Assembly: GCA_000934665.2 (NCBI GenBank)
Contig: KZ538245.1
Span: forward strand, 62,001 to 92,695
DNA from: Catajapyx aquilonaris
Taxonomy: Eukaryota
Direction: 5' to 3'
Length of the DNA stretch: 30,695 nucleotides
Part shown: one piece after another, positions 23,820-30,695 of the stretch
Numbering within the stretch: the stretch's first letter is position 1
Layout of the letters: the number at the start of each line of letters is the position of its first letter
Notes under the pieces: generated by a model
The model's input: only the letters and a program-made list of their open reading frames with translations
Databases searched by the model: none
What the model was told of the DNA's origin: nothing
Program-made: the position numbers and the translations under genes

Positions 23820-24288
23820 GGAGTGTGCAATGAGCCAGACTGTTGACAGAACTCTTGTACGTCCTCTTTCTAATATTCTTCATTTTTAGGTAGATCAGAA
23901 GTTATGATTTAAATATTATATCGTCAGTCTGTAATATAATGATAAATATGGTGTTGCTATTCTGTAAGGGAATTTATGCGAATATTCAAGAACGCGTTTT
24001 ATGCAAAAAATGGACGGAATTTCTGGCAAAGATTTCGTTTCTTCTTCTGTAAAGTTGGGCTTGGGTGACTAATAAGGGAATGAATGCAGGGAAAGGAAAA
24101 CCACCCCCTTTGGCTGAGGCTGCAGCAAAAGTCATTTAGCCTGTGGACATGAGGTGGTGTATGATACACGTGGTGTGGTCAAGGTGGGCCAATCAGGGAG
24201 CAGCAAAAGAAAAAGGCGTTGGCGCGAAGAAACACGAGCGTCTGGTTTCCCAGCACATGAAGCCATGTTGCTATATTCAGTGGTCGCC

Positions 24289-27200
24289 ATGGCTCCAACT
24301 CAAGTGTGTGTGCTGCCTTTTCGCTTCCTGATGATCTGCCCTCTGACCTCTCTTCTGGTGCTTTTGGTCATCACCAGTGTTGCTGCCACCAGCATAGCTC
24401 CAAGGACTGAAGAGAAGCAGGCAATAAGCGTCAGGCAACACATCCTTTCTGCACAAATTGACCACGAACCGGAAGAGGAGGAAGAGGAGGTCAACAACGG
24501 CACCAGGATGGTCACCCCTGCATACCTGGAGCTTCTCTACCAGTTTGTGACCACCGAGTTGGAAGGTCACGACCTGGGAAGAAACACCAGAGGCGTGTTG
24601 GCCAAAGCGTTTCTTCCAGTCGCAGTTACAGGTACTGGGTGTCTCCAACGTTATTTCTTTTACTACGCGACGTGGCAGTTCAAACTGGCCGTGACAAAGC
24701 CACAATAACGTTCGTTGGCCACAAAACGGTTGCATAACCTAAAATAAGCGCCTAGCTTCGCAATTAACTACAATTATCATGCTAATGGACGGACCTTGCC
24801 TAGCAGGGACGCCCATTCGCACGCCGCCACCAGGGAGCATATACTACATAAGAGGCGCAAACTTCTGTCGGCGCCTTTGATGTCCGCGTCTCTCTGTTTG
24901 GGGCAGTTGCCAAGGCTAGTGGCCAGTTTGAAGTGTGGGCAACGCCAACGAGGTATAAATAGGGTACAGGCAAAAATGGTGTCCGCCATCTTTGATGGTT
25001 TTGGCGGCCGTGGCAACTGCACGGCAAGAACACGCGGGAATCAAAGATGGCGTTCGTTGCCTGTACCCTATTTATACATCGTTGGCATTGCCCACACTTC
25101 AAAATGGCCGCCAGCCTTGGCAACGCATCGCCCCAAACAGAGAGACGCGGAAATCGAATGTTTGCGCCTCTTATGTTTAGTATATGCTCCCTCCACTTCG
25201 TCCTGTAGTAAAGATCAGCCGTTATTATTAATTGTATTGTTTTGCAGAGGACGGACCCAACAGAATCAGCCTGATCTTCAATTACTCGGACCAGCTACAG
25301 GATGTGACGTCGGCCGAGTTGATCTTCAGTTTGAGACGCAATGTTGATTGCAACGTGTCCGAAATCAACGTGCATCTGGAACGAGGAGACATGCCGGTGG
25401 TGCTGTACGACGGTGTGTTTCCAGCTGATAACGACGAGGAAATTGGCGACGATCGACATGTGCCATTTGACGTGAGTTCTGCTGTGCATCGGTATGACAG
25501 CTTGGAAGACAGCTTCGTGTTTAACCTGGAGGTCAAAGGTCATGACGACCTGTCAGTGTCGGATATCCTAGACTTGGACACCACAAGTCAGCAGCCTCTT
25601 CTCGTGGGATACTATGTCGGTGAGTTATACAAAGCCGGATGTTGCGCATTAAATTTCGCTTATATAAGAGTTGTTATCTCTGTGGGAAAAATTCCGAACA
25701 CAATGTCTCTTTTCCTATATATATGGCAGCAACGAAGATGCCTTTGGGCACAGCAGTGTCTCACTGGCGACGTCAACGACGCTCGGCACCACTTCAGGAA
25801 CTGGAACCTGAAGAGGACGATCCAACCAGCACAGTCATCACACCTTTATCTGAAGTTGAGGAGGAATCACTGTGGTCACCTGGACCAAAAGACTACTGCG
25901 AGCTGCGGAAATGGGTGGTACCAACCGAGGCCCTCAGGTTCCCCTGGATGCTTCTTCCGGACAGACTGACACCCAACTACTGCATGGGGACATGCCCATC
26001 ACCACTGCACCATTCCTACTACAATTCAAGCACCAACACACTCATCCGAGACAGAATCAGGTGAGTGAAGACACAGCAGCAAGAGAAACGAACCGGTTCC
26101 GGACCCGCCTCACTATTGACTGGATTGCCAACCCATACAGTATACAGTACCGTAACTTACTAGCAGGATACGTGGATACCCGGCCTGCTTTTCTGCCTTT
26201 TCGCCTCATGCGGCCAAAGATGACCTCGGAGGTCAAGTCGAATGTGCTAAAAACCTTCCCCGTTAAAAACTACCCCTAATGATCCCCCTGGGGCATATGT
26301 CGAGGCCTCCATATTGATTTGCATCGGGAACATACAGAAAATAATGCGCTAAAAACCTTCCCCGTTAAAAACTACCCCTAATGATCCCCCTGGGGCATAT
26401 GTCGAGGCCTCCATATTGATTTGCATCGGGAACATACAAGTCCAATGAGCTAAAAATCTTTCCCGTTAAAAACTACCCCTAATGATCACCATGGGGCATA
26501 TGTCGAGGCTTCCGTATTGATTTGCATCGGGAACATACAGACATACAAGTCCAATAATGTGCTAAAAAACCTTCCTCGTTAAAAACTACCCTTAATGATC
26601 ACCCTGGGGCATATGTGGAGGCCTCCGTATTGATTTGCATCGGGAACATACAAGTCCAATGAGCTAAAAACCTTCCGCGTTAAAAACTACCCCTAATGAT
26701 CTAGATCACCCTGGGGCATATGTGGAGGCCTCCGTATTGATTTGCATCGGGAACATACAGACATAACAAGTTCAATAATGTGCTAAAAACCTTCCCCGTT
26801 AAAAACTACCCCTAATGATCACCCTGGGGCATATGTCGAGGCTTCCGTATTGATTTGCATCGGGAACATACAGACATACAAGTCCAATAATGTGCTAAAA
26901 AACCTTCCTCGTTAAAAACTACCCCTAATGATCACCCTGGGGCATATGTGGAGGCCTCCGTATTGATTTGCATCGGGAACATACAGACATAACAAGTTCA
27001 ATAATGTGCTAAAAACCTTCCCCGTTAAAAACTACCCCTAATGATCACCCTGGGGCATATGTCGAGGCTTCCGTATTGATTTGCATCGGGAACATACAGA
27101 CATAACAAGTTCAATAATGTGCTAAAAACCTTCCTCGTTAAAAACTACCCCTAATGATCACCCGGGGGCATATGTGGAGGCCTCCGTATTGATTTGCATC

Positions 27201-27453
27201 GGGGACGTACAGACATACGTATTGAAATATGTATAAGAAATAATATTGATACAGTGTGCTGATTGGTGTTTTATTTTCCAGGACAATCCACAGCGGCCTA
27301 CTATCATCATCGTCCAGTCAAAGCGTGATCCCAGAGAGTCACTGCGTCCCGATCGAGTTTGCTCCGACCACTTTGCTTATGGAGGAGAAGGAAGGGTACT
27401 TCCGACTGGACATTGTCCACGACCTGATCGTGTCTCGATGCGGCTGCAGATGA
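24289..27453 (+). CDS. Gene F: divergent TGF-beta superfamily ligand precursor, exons 24289-24631, 25248-25619, 25730-26060, 27282-27453; 405 aa
   Basis: Kozak gccATGG; hydrophobic signal segment; prodomain motifs PAYLELLY, VPFDVSSAV, PLLVGY; furin site RRQRR; mature domain C...W..P....NYCMGTCP...HCVP...IVSRCGCR*; junction phases 1,1,2 consistent. Subfamily not assignable by eye. The ATG at 24331 is an alternative start. Confidence 0.93.
24831..25192. mobile_element. MITE-1 copy 7 in intron 1 of gene F
   Basis: Intact left terminus; right end lacks the last base; left flank ccgccac, right flank ccac. Confidence 0.92.
26160..27238 (-). mobile_element. Putative non-autonomous Helitron containing a satellite array, in intron 3 of gene F
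   Basis: Minus-strand 3' end CTAG|T at 26160-26163 next to the IR agcagg...cctgct; minus-strand 5' TC at 27238-27237 (flanking base is T rather than the canonical A). Confidence 0.5.
26240..27218. repeat. ~101-119-bp tandem repeat, 9 units
   Basis: gctaaaaaccttccccgttaaaaactacccctaatgatc recurs at ~26247, 26348, 26449, 26561, 26663, 26782, 26894, 27008, 27121. Confidence 0.95.
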
Positions 27454-27608
27454 TAGTGTTTATAAGTGTGGTCTTATTTTGGTCGGCATAACTTTGATCT
27501 GTTGATAGTAAATTAATTGGAATGACCATAAAATGTACAGAACGATCAGTTATTTGTATGAATTTGAGCCTTTAAATTTTGGAATAATTTCACTCACGGG
27601 GGGGGGGG

Positions 27609-27614
27609 NNNNNN
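27609..27614. other. Assembly gap (6 N) inside a poly-G run
   Basis: Ns in the sequence. Confidence 0.99.
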
Positions 27615-28788
27615 GGGGGGGGGGAATGCAAATATTTGCAAATTTTTAAAATATTACATTTCGGCCTACAACGACCAATTTCTTTGACATATCATGTTTT
27701 ATCCAATGGCATTATTATTGAAGATATTATTTTCATTGGGTAATTAGTGTATGTCAAAATTGATCAGTATTTTGATCGTTCTACAAATTAAACCAAATAA
27801 GCTTTAATTACGTCGTACAACAATTTCCTGCAGAATTTGTTGTAACTCGGCTGATGTGTTCATATTGCAAATTACAGCCTGTATTATTAATTGATCTAGA
27901 ATGTTTTAGCTCAGGGTTTGATGCATGTCCATACTAAAAGATTATTATTATTTTTTCCACAAGTTTTTTTCATAGCTTTTAACACCCAGCATGAAAGTAC
28001 ACAATTAGTTTTGTTTTTTTAAAATGTATGGCTAAATACATTTTTGATTTATTGTTTCTAACAGTGAAAAACTAGAGCAGCATTTTGATAGAGACAAGAT
28101 TCATTATAATGCAACATTATCATTATCAAAATAATTAAATTGGTTGAATAAACTGTATTTAATATTTTCATTAACTTGCCAAGTAACAGATATAGGTCTT
28201 CAACTTTAACTTATATTGGTGCAACTGGCCATAATGAAGGATTAATTTGCCATCACTTCACCCCCTCAATTTCCAATAGTAAAATTATTATTATTAAAAA
28301 TGGGGGGTATGAGCTCCTGGCATCCCTAATTTTATTGCTTGTACAGTAGGTATTAGTGCATGGTTGTAAAGCATATTTTGTGATCTGCGCACACTCCATT
28401 TTTATAAGAGTAACAGTGGTACTAACTAACTGATGCATTTACCGGCATTTATAATATTAAAATGTACGCAAAACGAGCTGGCCTGCCACTTGAAAAGTAA
28501 CGGTGGCAAATTACAGTTCAGTTTTGGCCCAGATGGAAAAGAAAAAAAAATATCGCAAACCAGACGCCATACAATTACTTCAGTAAAGTGGCAGGCCCTG
28601 ACTATTATTATGCTACCTCACAACTGTTTTTTTTAAAGAAGTATTTACCCTGCTGTAAGCTGTAAAAATAATAATAAAACCATAAAACCTTCAGCACTGT
28701 TCTATATTATAATTATAAATCCAGCCAACGTGAAGCAACACACCACAACATCCACAAAAATCCCTGCAGTTTCCGTCTCTTTTCCATT

Positions 28789-29260
28789 TTAAAATGGTTT
28801 CAGTACGTTAGAGAAAAAAAATGAATTTCTGCGTAGTATCTCCAAAGTGCTCCTCAATGTTGTTACCAGTTTTGTCTTTTCTTTCATTTTCTTCTGTGTA
28901 TGTTCTAACCTGTACCTCAGGAAATCATTTTCCTTCTCGAGCATTTTGGTTTTGTGCAATATATTTTCATACCTCTGCAAAGTTGCAATACCTTCAACCC
29001 TTACAACATTTCCTTCAGAATCGATATCCACAATTCCATGACCTATAGTACTGCAGTGCTGCCTGCTTTGCCCATTGCTTCTGTACCTATTTCCACTTCG
29101 TCATAATCATCCAATGGACAACTTCTTTTTGCCTTCTCCTTTCTTGCCTAGACGCCCGAGCCGCTGCATTTTTCTGTCGTCTTGGGTTCGTGAGTGACTT
29201 ATTCAAATCCAACTTCAGGGAAGGCACTGAACCCACTGATGCATTCCTCTTTATAATACC
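28789..29260 (-). pseudogene. Frameshifted coding relic, possibly the THAP-end/coiled-coil region of a DNA transposon protein
   Basis: Three consecutive frames read ...VGSVPSLKL...RRQKNAAARASRQERRRQKE / PLDDYDEVEIG... / GHGIVDID...KTKMLEKENDFLRYRLEHTQKKMKEK...; SVPSL resembles the AVP box that ends THAP domains, but no THAP Cys/His residues are present. Confidence 0.3.
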
Positions 29261-29446
29261 TTTGATGCAAGTATAAATACACATATTTAGTCTATACAGC
29301 TTTACTTTACAGCTTTACTGTCTCAATTCCATTCGCATTTCCATTCGCCATTTATTTAGGATAAAAGCCTAAACATAGTCTCGTCGTAAATATCATTATT
29401 ATTATTACTCACGACACGTCGTGCTCACGATGCTCAATCTCCAGAC

Positions 29447-30383
29447 AGGTGTAGCCAACCGCCAACGGAACAGTGTGGCCAACATATGACAGGTGTAGCC
29501 CTTAGACCATATACAGGGTGTTTATTGTAACTCTGCAAAGACTTTCAGGGGTAATGGAGGGGACCAAGACAAGTATTTTTGACATAGGAACCCGTGTCCG
29601 GAAACGCCATCTAGAGGGGGTTCATAGACAAGGAACGGGTGCGCTCAGATGCGTCACGCGGGAGGCGCTAGGCGAGCGGACTGTTTTGTTGATAGATGGC
29701 GCGCAGTTGTTGCCAGGTTATGGCGTACTGCGTCGTTGTAAGTAAACAACTACGCGTTACGCCATAACCTGGCAACAACAGATCCGCTGTTTATTATCCG
29801 CGCATCTCCTAGGATGCGTACTTTAGTTGCTAGATGACTCTGCTGTTGCCACGTTATGTCACATCGCATCGTTGGTTACTATCCGAGCGCCATCTATCAA
29901 CAAAACAGTCCGCTCGCCTAGCGCCCCCTCCTGACGCGTCTGAGCGCACCCGTTCCTCGTCTATGAACCCCCTCTAGATGGCGTTTCCGGACACGGGTTC
30001 CTATGTCAAAAATACTTGTATTGGTCCCCTCTACTACCCCTGAAAGTCTTTGCAGAGTTACAATAAACACCCTGTATAAGGTGTAGCCAACGGGACAGTG
30101 TAGCCAACGGAACAGTGTAGCCAACAGAGAAGTGTAGCCAACGGAACAGTGTGCCAAACAGAGCAGTGTAGCCAACGGAACAGTGTAGCCAACGGAACAA
30201 TGTACCCAACATGACAGTGTAGCGAGCAGTGTAGCCAACGGAACAGTGTGGCCAACATGACAGTGTAGCCAACGGAACAGTGTACCCAACAGAGCAGTGT
30301 AGGTAACAGAGCATTGTAGCCAACAGAGCAGTGTAGCCAACGGAACAGTGTGGCCAACATGACGGTGTACCCAACAGAGCAGT
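29447..30383. repeat. 17-bp minisatellite (gtgtagccaacggaaca and variants), split by MITE-5
   Basis: Units at 29447-29500 and ~18 units at 30080-30383. Confidence 0.92.
29514..30074. mobile_element. MITE-5 (Tc1/mariner-type, TA TSD), ~190-bp TIRs plus an internal hairpin
   Basis: TA|cagggtgtttattgtaactctgcaaagac ... gtctttgcagagttacaataaacaccctg|TA; inner IR gttgttgccaggttatggcgta / tacgccataacctggcaacaac (~29706-29779). Confidence 0.92.
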
Positions 30384-30695
30384 CTGTTCCGTAGGCTCCA
30401 CTGCGAGTGGGTGGTCTGTCAGGTTACGCAACTTCAATCGAATATTACTTGAATCGCTATAAAAATTACATTAGTGACAACAACAACAACAACTAACGGA
30501 CGCAGGTTATCCAACAACACCGGTGTCACTAATAATAATCTAATAATTTTGTCTGGTCCGGTCCTTCTGTTGGCGACACTGCAACCAGCTGATAGAAGCC
30601 AGAGACTACAAAGTAGTCAGACTCGCCACGCAATGTTATTTGGCGTTCGCGTGAAAATCCGGCCGCCCGCATGAACTTGGGCTTGCGCCCGTTAG

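Noticed and set aside
24160..24200. CACGTG and CCAAT upstream of gene F as a promoter
   Set aside because: Short motifs expected by chance; no transcription start evidence.
796..25347. Many recurring ORFs with motifs such as FKMAASLGN, LPRLAAILK and KDGGPYFC
   Set aside because: They are translations of the palindromic MITE-1 in multiple frames on both strands, not a protein family.
26240..27218. CRISPR-like regularly spaced repeats (also 9010-9225, 12160-12745, 30080-30383)
   Set aside because: Whole units repeat with no unique spacers, no cas genes are present, and the context is spliceosomal and eukaryotic.
24289..27453. Assigning gene F to Lefty, Nodal, GDF3/9 or BMP15
   Set aside because: The missing Cys is shared by unrelated lineages and the sequence is too divergent to name without phylogeny; it ends at CGCR with no Lefty-type C-terminal extension.
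29518..30437. ORFs of 75-143 aa with repetitive Cys/His/Trp content
   Set aside because: Translations of the 17-bp minisatellite and the MITE-5 arms.

Overview
This is metazoan genomic DNA, probably invertebrate (the organism cannot be identified from the sequence), with AT-rich introns, GC-rich exons and many small DNA transposons. Hand-splicing with phase-consistent GT-AG junctions gives six gene models. (A) A minus-strand, 5-exon secreted protein of unknown family, ~195 aa (164-3659). (B) A poorly resolved plus-strand low-complexity acidic/basic protein (~4.9-6.4 kb). (C) A Cys-containing coiled-coil protein, ~377 aa (7811-9986). (D) A secreted two-Kunitz-domain protease inhibitor with a polybasic tail and a hydrophobic C-terminus, 232 aa (11828-15225). 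(E) A secreted protein that is a TGF-beta prodomain with no recognisable growth-factor domain (16892-20369). (F) A divergent full-length TGF-beta-superfamily ligand, 405 aa (24289-27453), whose inter-chain disulfide cysteine is replaced by His. The E+F tandem pair is the most interesting candidate system: a basic prodomain-only paralog directly upstream of an acidic-prodomain ligand that cannot dimerise covalently. Repeats include seven copies of a foldback MITE with 7-bp target duplications and YY1-like motifs, several TA-targeting MITEs, Helitron/Helentron-like elements (one carrying a CTCF-motif array, one a ~110-bp satellite), tandem repeats and a possible THAP-transposase relic. Most short ORFs in the supplied track are repeat artefacts. 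All gene models are manual predictions without expression data or database searches.
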